From the human T2T-CHM13v2.0 reference genome, Homo sapiens: 64,000 nucleotides of DNA. The notes beneath the pieces were generated by a model. The model was not told where the DNA came from. It searched no databases and saw only the letters and a list, made by a program, of their open reading frames with translations. Below are positions 27,851 to 41,118 of this stretch, piece after piece (positions within the stretch are counted from its first letter, which is position 1; every line of letters begins with the position of its first letter). A program made the position numbers and the translations under genes. The stretch is from NCBI RefSeq assembly GCF_009914755.1, contig NC_060933.1; one strand, written 5' to 3'.

Positions 27851-29056
27851 GTGAGATTCCCATCCAGGCTTGTCACACACACAGGTGTAAGACCAGGGAT
27901 GCGGCCAAAACAGCCACAGGCTGAGGACTCTCCTTTTTGGCCCCCAAAGTATCTTGCAGTCAGACCCTAGGGCTTTCTGCCTCTACTAGGACTCTGCAGT
28001 GTGCAGCAGCAGAACTGATTTCTATCCAGTTTAAATCCTGCACCTTGAGCATCCCAGAAGTTCTTCAAACTCAACACTTCCCAAGCTGGACTCATTACCC
28101 ATGCCCCAGACCTGCTTCTCCTCCTGGGTTCCCCATCTCTGAGGATGGCACCCCATCTATGTGGTCACCAAGAGAGAAACATCCTTGAGTGGTCCTCTGC
28201 CTTCCCCAGCCCTGCCCAGTGTGTCCCCATGTCCCCCTGAGTCTAGCTGTGCAGTGCCTCCTCCTCCTCTCTTGGGCGATGGCACCAGCCTCCTAACTGG
28301 TCTCTCCGCCTCCATGTCACCACTTCCCTTCCCCCACACACATGTTCCCACCACTGTGACCTTCCTAAACACAGCTGTAACCCCCAAACCCAGCTCTTCT
28401 GGGTGCCTCTCAGGGGGTGCTCAGTACACACACATTCAATGAATGAATTAGGCCCTGCCTGGTTCCTGTCTTCAGGAGTTAAGTGCTGGAAAGGTGTTTT
28501 GAAGATTCCCCTTGTTCTTCAGATACATTTGATGCCATTCAAGTATGCACTGAGGGCTCTCTGGGTGCTCGGCCTCCTGCTGGACTCTGGGCACCCAGTG
28601 TGTCTCAGGTTTGGGCTGGCTCTTGAGCCCTAGTTTAGAGGAGCCGATGGACCCACGCACAACTAAGCTTCGAGTCAGGTGGTCCTAGCATCTCACTGAG
28701 ACCTTGACAGAGGCTAGTGGGAGCACTGTGGAGGGAGAGAATTCTGCCTGGAAACGGGGTAGGGAGGGCTTCGTGTAGGAGGAGACTGCGGAACTGGGCC
28801 TTGAAGGATGAGTTGGGAATTGAAAGGCAGGAAAGGAGGCCGAGGACATGAGTGGGCTGCACAGCTGGGAGGCGGCAAGAGAGAAGGGTAGCTGTAGAGG
28901 GGAGTGGGAGAAAAGTCAGAGAGAAAACGGGGAGCAGAAGTTATCGGGCTATAGGATATAGGAAACATTTCCCCATTTTGGAGAAAACTCAGTGACGTGG
29001 CTGTCCTTGGAGTCTGGCAGTTAAATGCAAGTAGTGGAAATTTCTTCTCTTTCCAG

Positions 29057-29149
29057 GCAGGAGCAGAAGCAGAGGGCTCTGGCCTAGGCTGGGGCTCGGA
29101 CGTCGGCTCTGGCTCTGGTGACCTGGTGGGCAGTGAGCAGCTGCTGAGA
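29057..29149 (+). CDS. COL15A1: COL15A1 exon ~14 (93 nt) AGAEAEGSGLGWGSDVGSGSGDLVGSEQLLR
   Basis: ctttccag|GCA ... AGA|gtgagt. Confidence 0.94.
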
Positions 29150-29968
29150 GTGAGTGTGAAGGAGGACACGACCTGGTGTCTGGGACTGCCTTCAAAATAA
29201 CCCCAGAGGGAGGGACGTGGGGGCCAGGGACAGATGAAACTGGATTGGCTGCTGCTGGGGTTGCCGGCAGTGAGCTCATGGGGGTTCATTCTACTTTTCC
29301 TTGTGCTTGTATATATGTTTGAAATTGTTCACTTTGATCAGTTGCATTGTAAGTGAGTACGAGCCTACATTTATCTTCAGGACCTCCTCACCCCACCTTC
29401 TTCCTTTCCCTGGTGGGCTTCTTGAGCAGGCTGCCCTGCAGCAGGTGTGCCCAGTGCCCTTCACCTCTGCCAACTGGCTTTCAATCCTCCCTCCCCCTCC
29501 TCTCACCCTATTCATTAAAGAGACCTGCTGGTTTTGTCTCTGGGTGGCTATTCTACTTCAGCTTCCAGAACCTTCCTGAAATCTCCTTCCCTTATGCATT
29601 CCCTCCCTGCCTCCCTCTCCAGGCTACTCTTTCTCTTTGGTGCCTCTTGCTCCCCTGGCCTCCTGCCAAGGCTGGAGCTCCACCAGTCCTTTCTGAAATT
29701 GCCCCCTGGGGAGCTTCTACCTTCTCTAGCTGCAGCTGGTGCCTCTGTCCCTGAGAGCCTGTGCTGAATCCCTGGTTGAAAGCTCCACTTGGCTGCCCCT
29801 CTGCCCACTCCTCATGGCCAGGGCTAGAAGGGTTCTGGACTCCGTGGTTAAATGGAATGGGAGCCAAATGAATCTCCCAGCCTGGTGGGATCAGCCAACC
29901 CAGCAATGGGCTAAAAACACTAGTGCACTTCAGAAAGAGTTTTAAAAACAAGGCTACACCACAAGCAG

Positions 29969-30230
29969 TTTTTTTTGTTTTTTTGTTTTTTTTTTTTTGA
30001 GATGGAGTCTTGCTCTGTCGCCCAGGCTGGAGTGCAGTGGCGCGGTCTCGGCTCACTGCAAGCTCCACCTCCCAGGTTTACTTACTCCATTCTCCGGCCT
30101 CAGCCTCCCGAGTAGCTGGGACTACAGGTGCCGGCCACCACGCCCGGCTAATTTTTTGTATTTTTAGTAGAGACAGGGTTTCACCATGTTAGCTGGGGTG
30201 GTCTTGATCTCCTGACCTTGTGATCTGTCC
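29969..30230 (-). mobile_element. Alu (AluY-like), 5'-truncated
   Basis: The sequence gcaagctcc and the retained CpGs look AluY-like; the element stops after gtgatctg. Confidence 0.88.
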
Positions 30231-30573
30231 TGACTGACCTCACAGTTAATCAGAAAACTAAGTTCACCAGAGCACCTCTCAGAATTCCAACTAATTGGAT
30301 CTTTCTTGTATTCAGCCTTTTGGGAGAAAACACGATATGATGGGCTCAGAAAGACTGAGATTCAAATCCCAGTTCTGCTACTAATTAGCTGTGTGTCTGA
30401 GAGCCCTTGAGTCGCATGGTCTCACTGAGCCTTATTTTCCGCATCTGCTAAGTGGGATCACCAAACCCTACATGTAGGATTGTTGAAAGAATTTGAGAGA
30501 TTGCATGAAGCACATACTCAGTATCTCATTCGGTATTCCCCCACTGTTTCTAACAGAGTCTTTGTGTTTTTAG

Positions 30574-30699
30574 GGTCCTCCAGGACCCCCAGGGCCACCT
30601 GGCTTACCTGGGATTCCAGGAAAACCAGGAACTGATGTTTTCATGGGACCCCCTGGATCTCCTGGAGAGGATGGACCTGCTGGTGAACCTGGGCCCCCG
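30574..30699 (+). CDS. COL15A1: COL15A1 exon ~15 (126 nt) [27 protein letters not shown]...GEPGPP
   Basis: gtttttag|GGT ... CCG|gtgagc; Gly-X-Y. Confidence 0.96.
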
Positions 30700-30933
30700 G
30701 TGAGCAACTGAAGTCTTCTCCCCATCTCTGTGGCTGTGGGGCTTCCTTTAGCAGGGGAGGGGTGTACAGATTGCAAAACCCAGCACTGTCCAAGGTTCGC
30801 GATGGGGAGAGAGCAGCTAGCTGTTTGTAAACAGAAATCCTCCTCATCTGAATCATTGCTGAGATTCGAAAGAAGCAGCAGCCAAGAAAAACATCATCCT
30901 ACGTATTGTTTTGCTGCTTTATCATAGTCAATA

Positions 30934-31265
30934 CAGATGGCCCCCTACTTACGAATGGTTCAGCTTAAGATGTTTTTGACTTTACAGTGGTGCAAAGTGA
31001 TGCACATTCAGCAGAGACTTTACCTTGAGTACCCATACAGCCATTCTGTTTTCACTTTCAACACTTTATTATAAAATAGGCTTTGTGTTTGATGACTTTG
31101 CCCAACTATAGGCTAATGGAAGTGTTCTGAGTATGTTTAAGTTAGGCTAGGCTAAGCTATGATGTTCAGTAGATTAGGTGTATTAAATGCATTTTGGACT
31201 TAAGATATTTTCAACTTGCAATTGGTTTATCAGATGTAGCCCCATTGTAAGTCAAGAAGCGTCTG
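30934..31265 (-). mobile_element. Tigger-family MITE (MER47A-like)
   Basis: Imperfect TIRs CAGATGGCCCCCTACTTAC ... GTAAGTCAAGAAGCGTCTG, with TA on both sides. Confidence 0.85.
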
Positions 31266-31603
31266 TACAGGAGACACAGATTCATAAAGAATCTTGGAAT
31301 CATAGGCCATCAGGGCTGGGCCTGGGGTAGGAGACCCTTGGAGACCATCTGGTCCAACCCTGTCTCTAACTTCCCCATAGAGGAGGAAATGTAATCCAGA
31401 GAGTGAAGGACAGTTAGCCACAGGTGCACAGTCAGCAGTGACCCAGCCTGGGCCAAGGACTAGGTTCCTGCCTTGCACCTGACATGAGGCCCTGGGCCCA
31501 CCAGCCTCACCTGCCTCCCAACCCTGCCCTCCTTTTCTAGCAAGCGTGTGTATGTGATATTTAGCAGAAATGTTGTGGGTTGATTGTCACTGATGTTCCC
31601 CAG

Positions 31604-31666
31604 GGCCCTGAGGGACAGCCTGGAGTTGATGGAGCCACCGGCCTTCCCGGGATGAAAGGGGAGAAG
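31604..31666 (+). CDS. COL15A1: COL15A1 exon ~16 (63 nt) GPEGQPGVDGATGLPGMKGEK
   Basis: ttccccag|GGC ... AAG|gtacgg. Confidence 0.95.
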
Positions 31667-31779
31667 GTACGGGGAACACGGGAGGGTCCCACCACATGGG
31701 AGCCACCAGGCCCACACTACTCTCTCTGACCCCTAAACCTGACCTTGCCTCTTATGTGACTGACCCCCTGGCCTCCTGA

Positions 31780-32660
31780 AATCCCCTGCTGGCCACTTCT
31801 GCTGGATGTCTCCATCATGGGACTCATCATGCCCAAGCCTGAACTCAGCACCTTCCCTGCCCACTCTTGTCTGCCCCTAGCTTCAGTGAATGGTGTTGCC
31901 ATCTACCTGGTCACCTGGAGCGAGAAATGGAATCTTCTCTAACTCCTCCTTCCCTCCCTTTCCTGGTATGATTGGTCAGTGCCAAGATGGCCCAGTCTGA
32001 CCTCCACATCTCTCACTTTTGTCTCCCCACTGAGCTGGACTCATCTCTTCTCATTCGCACGGTGGCCTTGGGCTCCCAGTTGCTGTCCCATTCTCTCCAC
32101 CCACCCTCCAGCCTCCTGCCCAGTTCACCTTCCTGTAGCAGGCTCTCGTCAGCCCCTGCCCTGGCTACTGAGAAAAGATCAAGGGCTCAACTGCCTGCAG
32201 GACACACCCTAGCTCTGTGCAGACATCTGGCCCTTCCTGATTCGCACAAGCTGCCTCTGTAGTGCATCCCCCAACTCCTCACACGGCCTCTTGGCCAGTG
32301 GGCTGGTTCTGCCCAAATGCTCTGGGCACGCTCTTCCCTTCTGTCCTCCTGGCCTTTGCACATGGTTTTCTCCCTGTTTGGGATGTCCTTTTCCTTTTGT
32401 CATCCTCCAAGACCCAGTTCAGATACATCCTCTGGGGAGCTCTCCCTGACTCATTATGAGCAGAAAGCACCCCTCCTTCCTCCCCTTTCTATGAGCATCA
32501 TAGGAAGTTCCCATGCTATTGAGAACCTCCCTTGCCAGTGACACTAAAGGTGTTAGCTTACCTGTCTGCTCCTCACCCCCACCCTGACATAGAGCATAGT
32601 ACTGCCTCTCTCTCCTTAGAACCTAGCACAAGCCTCTATTAGTGTTTGATGCATGAATGA
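31780..32660 (+). mobile_element. L2 relic
   Basis: ctggatgtctcc...cccaagcctgaactc ... cctagcaca...gtttgatgcatgaatgaa. Limits approximate. Confidence 0.6.
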
Positions 32661-34017
32661 AACTTTTTTCAGACACCATTAGTCTACTTTTCCCAGAGTC
32701 TGGCCTGCCTTCATCCTCTTCATTCTCTGTCTGTAAGCTGGTCCTGCCTCCTGTCTGCAAGCCTGTGCTGGTGCTACCTGGGGCGTGTATGTGTAGGGGG
32801 TGCTTTCTGCCTCTGCAGTGTTCCCAGCTTGATGAGATAAGCCATGTCTGTCAAAGGAAGGCAATAAAGACAAGGTGAGCCCTGTGCTAGGGATGCGATC
32901 AGTGGGTTTTACTGGGGTCTAGAGGAGGAAGAGAGATCTCAGCTGGGATCAGAAGTGGGGCCTTCTGTGAACCTCTCATGGACAAAGACGTGGAAAATGC
33001 TGACTCTGTAGACACCACCATCATCACTGAACTGAATTTCTAGTTTCCGTCAGCTCTGGAGTATGTTTATTTTAATTGGAACCATAACTCAATTTTCGTG
33101 GAAAGCTTATTTCTCAGAAAAAGATACAATTGTCAAGCTTTATAGAACTCATTTTACATGTACCAACAGTTTTACAGAAATTAAATTTTGCAGGAAGCAC
33201 CACAGACCTACACTCTTCTTACCTGTTCTTCTTCCAGGCTTCCCCCCACCCACCCACACACACCCCTCCCATACTCTGTCTCGAACTTAAAGATACCCAC
33301 ACCCACAACTGCATACAAAACACCCTTGCACAGGCACTCTGCAGCTGCTTGAAGAATCAGCAGTGCAAGGAGCAGCAGGCTTGCCTAGGGTGAATGTTGG
33401 AGATCAATCACATTTGTTTCTGAAATTTGCTATGCATCTCAATTTGTTGCACTGTGCACATATGAGGTTTTCTGATCAAGCAAAAACAGACTTGGAAGAA
33501 CTTGGAAATTTGCATCTGGAGAGCTGGCAGGAAACTTTGCACATGATATTTACCTTAAAAACAAAACAAAACCAAAAAAGTCCCTAATAAACCAAGGTGC
33601 ATATTCAGTATGTAAAATAACAAAAAATGTGCTAAAGGAAATGAACAGCTTCAGGGCTGTAGTAGATCATAAGATCCAATGATTCGTTTGATCTTTGACT
33701 CCCCATCAACAATATCTGCCCTTCAACTTGCATACCTCCAGTGACAAGGAACTCATCTCCTGCCCAGGCAGTGCCTTGCACCGTTGGATAGATCCACTTA
33801 TAGGGAAGTCTTTCCATTTGCTGTGGTGAAATCAGCCTCCTTTCTCTTTAGCACAGCACATAGACCAATCTAGGCAGTTATCTAAAATGGAGTTTTCTCT
33901 ACAAAGAATAAGGTTCAGGTTATTTAGCTGGAAAAAAATGTTTTTTATATAATAATTATTATTATAAAATATGAGATTGAGATCAAAACATGATGCTCAT
34001 TAAGAATTCATCAAATA

Positions 34018-34579
34018 TCTTAAGTATGAGCTAAGCTATGAGGACCCAAAGGCATAAGAATGATATAACAGGCTGGGTGCGGTGGCTCACACCTCTAATC
34101 CCAGCACTTTGGGAGGCTGAGATGGGCGGATCATGAGGTCAGGAGTTCAAGACCAGCCTGACCAACATGGTGGAACTTCGTCTCTACTAAAAATACAAAA
34201 ATTAGCCGGGCGCAGTGGCACAAACCTGTAATCCCAGCTGCTCGGGAGGCTGAGGTGGGAGAATCGCTTGACCCGGGAGCCAGAGGTTGCAGTGAACCGA
34301 GATCGCGCCACTGCACTTCAGCCTGGGTGACAGGGTGAGACTCCGTCTCCAGAAAAAATTGAAAAAAGATTGATACAACAGACTTGGGGGAAAGGGTGGG
34401 AGGGAGTGAGGGATAAAAGAGTACAGATTGGGTACAGTATACACTGCTCAGGTGATGGGTGCACCAAAATCTCAGAAATCACCACTGAAGAACTTACTCA
34501 CGTAACCAAATACCATCTGTTCCCCAAAAAACGTATTGAAATTATACAAATTAAAATATTTTTTAAATGATACCTCAAA
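34018..34579 (+). mobile_element. L1 3'-end fragment (L1PB/L1MA-like) interrupted by an Alu
   Basis: L1 3'UTR motifs (gagctaagctatgagga; gggtacagtatacactgctcaggtgatgggtgcacc). 16-bp TSD aagaatt(c/t)atcaaata at 34002-34017 / 34580-34595. Confidence 0.85.
34071..34365 (+). mobile_element. Alu (AluS-like) inside the L1 fragment
   Basis: Forward Alu; TSD aagaatgatataaca / aagattgatacaaca. Confidence 0.93.
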
Positions 34580-35341
34580 AAGAATTTATCAAATAGATTA
34601 TTCTATGCTGAGTTCGATGATAGAAATATTCCTTACTTTATTTTTCCCAAATCAAGATGATCAACTAACTCTTAAGATCTTTAGCCCAAGAAGGAATGGG
34701 TGAGGAGTAGCCTGCTTTCTCAGCAGTAGAATGTTTCTAGAAAGAATGCAGAAGAACTTGCTGAAGAAGATGGATCTCTGAAAAATCATTCCTTTCTGCT
34801 TTTGCACTGCAGATTCTGCCATTCAGTTCTCGGAACACACCTAGTATTAACAGTTGTTGTTGATTTTCTACTTTCAGAATCTAAGTCATTCATGTTATTC
34901 TGCAGTCTCAAAAGGTACTGGGACACCTGGGCAGGAAAGAGTTTGTGCTTGGAAATTTTCTTCAGTGTCCAGAATTACTGTGGAATGCTGAATTGCCAGT
35001 AATTGCCTTTGAGTAATTTCACTGAGCTGCCAAACTGTCATTGTAAAATCAGCTTCTGTCTTTTCCGTTGATGTAAGAGAAATACAATTAGATCATCATC
35101 ACCTTCCCTTTCTCCAAGCAATCCCAATTGGTCTTTGAACAATTCTCTAAACCTTGTATAAGAAAGAAAAGAGAAGTAAGCTGCTTTTGCCTAGGATGCA
35201 GTAATGGGTTTAGACCTTCTAACAACATGTTTAAATGAAACACTGAAATAGTTGCCTAATTTCCTATTTTATATCTTCTTTCATTATCAGAAGTGTTTGG
35301 TTCAACATCTGGATTATAGGCCTCCATAAAACCAAATAGAT

Positions 35342-35775
<434 letters not shown>

Positions 35776-37499
35776 TCATCTCCATTAGGTTCTTTGAGGT
35801 TCCTGTGTGCTGAAATTGAGTAATGTCCTTAGAAAATCCAATTCACCACAGTAAGCCAACATTTTGAATCAATTCTAAACCACGATGTTGTAACAGACGG
35901 CACTATTTTACCTCATTCCTTTGCAATGTTTCCATTAGTGAACTGATACCTTCATATTTCATCACTTTTAAAACCATACTTGCAGCTCTGCTATTTGGAA
36001 TTCCAAGATTGCATGCATGCCCTCACTGCACAAAAATTCTCTCACTAAGAAATAATGTACAACTCCAACATCACCATTTTGGGAATAGGAGCCTTCCCTC
36101 AGCCTGTTCATTGGAGCTCCTCCTTTTCACCCTGCCTGTTCACATAAGTTCCAGTAAAGTGGACTCTTCTACCCACAAGTTAATCTACTCGTGTTCCAAG
36201 CTGATGGCCATCTTATCTGTGAGTCAATGGAATGGATTCAGATACTCTCTTTTTACCATGTCTAAGCTGGATAAAATCATCTAAGACCATAAACCAAGGC
36301 CCATGATATCTTCTAGAACTTCCTTTGAAACTCTATAAGATGCCCTCTTGATTGGAAAGGAATGAGGAAGGCAACTGAAACAATTCAGTTTTTCACTTTA
36401 TGGACATAATTTTCTGTAACAAGATCAGCCGGCCATGCAGCTACAAGGTTTTTAGAGGGAGGCTACTTTAGTTTCTGTTTCACAACAATCCTGATGGTAG
36501 TTTGACTTGTTACTGAAAAGATGCACAAGATTGGCACTTTCATTAAAGACAGTTTGCAATGGGCAGCCAGCAACAAGCCAATCATACCCAAGAGGAGCAG
36601 ACATAGCAACTGTAGCCTCTGGGTTAGGCTATAAAATTGGCATCCAGTTATTGGAGTCATGTTTCCACTGCAGGTGGAAGGTCACACTTAGTTTCTCCCT
36701 GGTGAGGCTGGCCAGCAGGGAGGTGACAGAGCCTAGTCGCTGTCACTTCTTTCACCGAGCACACCTTCTCCTCCCATCTCCCCAGAATGGCTGGAGTGTC
36801 CCTGCTGGCTCCTTTGCCACAGAGGCACCAACTTTCCATGAAGCTGCCCCTGGAGACCTTATGGAGGGCTTTGCTCGCAGAAATTCCTTGCCACTCCAGC
36901 CTCAGAGCCTGCCTCCAGAGCCTGGTGCCTCACCTGGGAGCCCAGACCACCCTCAGCCCCTGTGATCCCCATTCCTAGGCCAAGAACTGGGTAGTGTGTC
37001 CCAATAGGAAAACACTGCAAGAGATGGGACCCTTCCCATGCCCCACGCATGCCCCCAGGTGAGAGGCATTTGTCTTCCTCCAGCATCAGGTGGAAACCCT
37101 CACCTAGCAAACCCATGAACCTCACCCATGGGAGCAGCCAGTTCCGTGAGGAAGGTTATCACAACTACCAAGCAAACAGCATGGGCTCGAGTCTGTGAAG
37201 GAGAAAGGGGGAGATTGTTGCGTGGGGGTTGCCTATTGTGTGCAGGCAGTTTTGCGGACACGTCATGGCCTCATCTTTCTCATCTATCCTGAGAGCTTTG
37301 CTTAGGCTCATACTCAACTAGAGTCCCAAAGTTTCAGAGCTGGAAGGAACCTGCAAATTGCTTTAGTCCCTGGTTTTCTGTGCCCTGGCAGAGCCATGGG
37401 ACTTTGTGGAAGTGCCTTCGGGCTGGTAGGTGAGGACAGAACAACTCTACTTCAAGCATTTATTAAAATTAAAATTAAATTGTAATTATAAAAGTAATA

Positions 37500-38850
37500 T
37501 ATGAATATAGTTTTCATTGCCTCATGTGTCCTATTTCCTCTTTAATTATTTTTGTTAGAGTAGGTCCTCCAGTCATATTTTCACAGACTGTCTGTAGATG
37601 GCAAACTTTCTGAGACCCTGGATTTTTTAAAATGTTTTTATTTTCTTATTTGGTTGAGTATAGAATTCTGGGTTGAAAGTCATTTGCCCTTGATGATTTG
37701 AAGATGATCACCATCATCTTCCAACATCCGGTGTTGTCAGCACAAAGTCAGATTCACTCTGGTTCTCACTCTATTGGAGGTCATCTGATTTTTCTCTTTG
37801 GCAAATTTGGGGATTTATTGTTCTTTATTCTTGGTGTTTAAAAATTCCTCTGCATTGTTACTAAATGTGGATTATTGTTTCTATTTTATTTTTATTTTTT
37901 AATTTATTTTTATTTATTTATTATTATTTTTTGAGATGGAGTCACGCAGTGGTGCGATCTTGGCTCACTGCAACCTCCTCCTGGGTTCAAACGATTCTCC
38001 TGCCTCAGCCTCCTGAGTAGCTGGGATTACAGATGCACACCACCACACCCAGCTAACTTATGTATTTTTAGTAGAGACGGGGTTTCACCATGTTGGCCAG
38101 GCTGGTCTCAAACTCCTGACCTTGTGATCTGCCCACCTCAGCCTCCCAAAGTGCTGGGATTACAGGCCTGAGCCACCAAGCATGGCCAATGTGAATTATT
38201 TTTTAAATGTATTCTTTCATTTATCCTTCTTGGTACTCTATGGACTTTTTTTGGGGGGAGGGGTGCCTTTTAATCTGGAGACTTCTGTGTTTTTTCAGAA
38301 AATTTAAACACTGCATTCCTTCTTTCTCTTTATTCTCTCCTCTGCCACTCCAATTAAACCGATGTTGGAACTTCTGATTGTGGCTTCTATCTCTCTTACT
38401 ACTTTGTCATTCTGTCTAGGTCTTTTTACCCTCTTGTGTTGCTTTCTGGGAGAATTCTGTAGCTTGATCTCTGTATTAATTCTCTCTTTAGGTGTGTCTA
38501 TTCTGTTATGCAGTCCTTCTGCAGAGTTCTGCATTTCGACAGTTTTCTATTTATAATTTCCAAGATCTCTAATTGGTTCTTTATCATAACCACTGTTTTT
38601 ATTTCATAATAGCTTGTCTTTGTGTCATGGCTATGTTATCCTACCTTTTCTCTGTGAGAATGTGTGTCTTATACTCAATGTCCTGATTGAATTGTTTTCT
38701 TAACTCCATTTCCTTGGATGTAAATTCTGTAGTTGACTTAGTTGTTTCTCACAGTATTGCCTTGCCTCAGATGTTTGTGTTTCTTTCTTGTGTGTTTACT
38801 TGTGAAATTGGGATCCTGCCTGAGTCTGTTTTCTGCCTCTGTTGGTGCAG
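37500..38850 (-). mobile_element. Ancient L1 (L1M) ORF1-region relic, interrupted by an Alu
   Basis: The minus ORF 38304-38534 ends IRSSNIGLIGVAEE, resembling the L1 ORF1p motif RRxNIRIIGVPE. The plus strand is T-rich. Boundaries are approximate. Confidence 0.7.
37883..38187 (-). mobile_element. Alu (AluS-like) with internal deletions
   Basis: (TTTA)n tail followed by a reverse Alu body. Confidence 0.9.
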
Positions 38851-40248
38851 ACTGTTGGGAGGTGGGCAGTAGCCCCTTCTGAGACATGCAGGGTTCAGGA
38901 AGGGGATGGAAGGAATAAGATGTGCCATCAGGCAGGGCACCTCAGCAGCTGATCTTCCGCGTGTAGGGTGCCCTTGGACCTCACAGAGTTTCCTAGTCAT
39001 CTGGGGCTCTGCCCTATGTCTTTAGCCCAATAAACAACTGTTGTTTTCTAAAATTAAGGTATCCATATTTTCTCCTTGGCAGGAGTGAGGGTGGGAGGGG
39101 AGGGGAGATGGGCAGGGCTGGACAGCTAGCCTGCTGCAGAATTTCAACCTATCTACCTTCTGGGGCCCAGGGGCCACATCATGCACCTGACTTCCATCAC
39201 AGCTTCACAGCAGACTTTTCTCCCTGTGGTTTCTCTTGATGGCTGAGGCCCCTGTCTTCAACTTCCCTGTTTTCCCCTTGGCATTTCTATTTTGGATTTA
39301 ATGCCACTCCCCATCTTATTTTTGAGCACGGCTATTTTAGAACTATCCATTCTCTCATTTCCATGGATTTGATATAAGGAGGAGACTGTAGCCCAGGAAC
39401 AAAAATGACTGGGGGGAAGGACATAGTCTTTGATGGCTGGTACATCAGCATCTCTCTCAGGACCTCCTGTGTGGCATGCAATTGCTGACTTCATCTCTTG
39501 CAGGTGCATTTGTGGTTTCCTCAGAGATTCTCCATCTGGGGGCCCCCTACCACAGTCCTCTGATGTAGGCCACTGTCCTCATTGCTGACCACTCCTGACC
39601 GCCCACCTGCTTTGGTCCTCTCCTCTGCTTGGAGCTCACAGCCGACTCCTTTCTGTGACATCTGCATCTAACCCCCCAGGAAACTGTAGTGTGGTCCCCA
39701 CTGGGTGTGGACATGCAACCTGCCCTAATGCAACCTCCTCCCCAATTCTGTCTTCTGGGGACTACTCCAGCCAGCTTTGGGTCTTTAGATCTTTCCACAA
39801 GAGAGCCAGTCATCATCCCCCATATATCCAAAAGTCTAGGGGATACATTTCAGATCATGAAGCCCCTTCCCTCGCTTTAGAGTGGGTGAAGTACCCTCTA
39901 CCTCCGTCATGGGAAGGGTGGGGAAGGGGACCACTCCAGTCCACTGGCAGCTCTCCAAGCGAAATCTTCTATGATCTCTCCCTCATTAATCTTTAACTTC
40001 TCTGGTTTACTCTTGCAGTAGGTGATGAGCTGATGGTTGAAAAGTGGGTTTCACAAGCTTTCAGCATGACCTGCCCAACAGACTGGCACCTATTGTAATG
40101 TGTTTGGTTTGGAGACACCAATCTGAGACAGAAAGAGTCCTATTTTAATATCCTATTTCCTTGGAGTCCATAATTGTGCATTGTCTTCAGAACACACCTC
40201 ATGACATATGCATTAATTGGTCCATGTTTTTGTTTTTGTTTTTTTCAG

Positions 40249-40283
40249 GGAGCAAGAGGGCCTAATGGCTCAGTTGGTGAAAA

Positions 40284-40284
<1 letters not shown>
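40249..40284 (+). CDS. COL15A1: COL15A1 exon ~17 (36 nt) GARGPNGSVGEK
   Basis: tttttcag|GGA ... AAG|gtaaaa. Confidence 0.93.

Positions 40285-40286
<2 letters not shown>

Positions 40287-40314
<28 letters not shown>
40287..40314 (+). repeat. A28 mononucleotide tract starting at donor position +3
   Basis: AAG|gt is followed directly by 28 A. Confidence 0.95.
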
Positions 40315-40319
<5 letters not shown>

Positions 40320-40713
40320 TTCTTCTCCCTCCTCCCCTTTCTTTGAGTTTACTATAATTGGACTGCTGGGCTGGAATATTGAACATATAAATGTCATGGA
40401 ACAGAGAGGAACACATCTCAAAGGAATTGCTCAGAGAAGGCAGAACAGCTGGGGATGGTGGGGAGTAAACACACTTCAATGTTTTCTCCTTCCTCACCCC
40501 TCCCTCCAAATGCATTCAAATGAGTGCATCAGCTTATCTCCAGGTGAACTGTCAATTAGCAAGACAGCTGTTTCTGTACCATTAAGTGGTACCGATCAGA
40601 GAATTCATCAACCTAATTAACTTCAAGGAGTGATTTTCTGATTCAGGCATGCATGTTGTTCCTTCCATGAGTGAACCCAGGGCTAGATAATCAGCCTGCC
40701 CTCTTTCCTACAG

Positions 40714-40854
40714 GGTGACCCTGGCAACAGAGGCTTACCTGGACCCCCGGGGAAAAAGGGACAAGCTGGCCCTCCTGGGGTCATGGGACCCCCAGGGCCT
40801 CCTGGACCCCCTGGGCCCCCAGGCCCTGGATGCACAATGGGACTTGGATTCGAG
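40714..40854 (+). CDS. COL15A1: COL15A1 exon ~18 (141 nt) GDPGNRGLP...[11 protein letters not shown]
   Basis: ttcctacag|GGT ... GAG|gtactt. Confidence 0.96.
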
Positions 40855-41049
40855 GTACTTTTCCCCTTTTCTGTGGTTATAAAAATGATGTGTACTAAGG
40901 GCTACTAGAAAGACCAGCTAGCTAAACCCTGGTCTCAGGGCAGAGGCTGTGCGGATTCCCCTGTGAGCCGCCAGCTTCCAACACCACACCTGGCACAAGT
41001 AGGTGCCCAGGAACTGGATCTGAAATTCTCATTCTTGCTCCTTCCCCAG

Positions 41050-41118
41050 GATACCGAAGGCTCTGGAAGCACCCAGCTATTGAATGAACCCAAACTCTCC
41101 AGACCAACGGCTGCAATT
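41050..41118 (+). CDS. COL15A1: COL15A1 exon ~19 (69 nt) DTEGSGSTQLLNEPKLSRPTAAI
   Basis: ttccccag|GAT ... ATT|gtaggt. Confidence 0.93.

Noticed and set aside
28714-29289. 191-aa minus ORF
   Set aside because: Antisense shadow of exon 14 plus L2-like purine-rich sequence.
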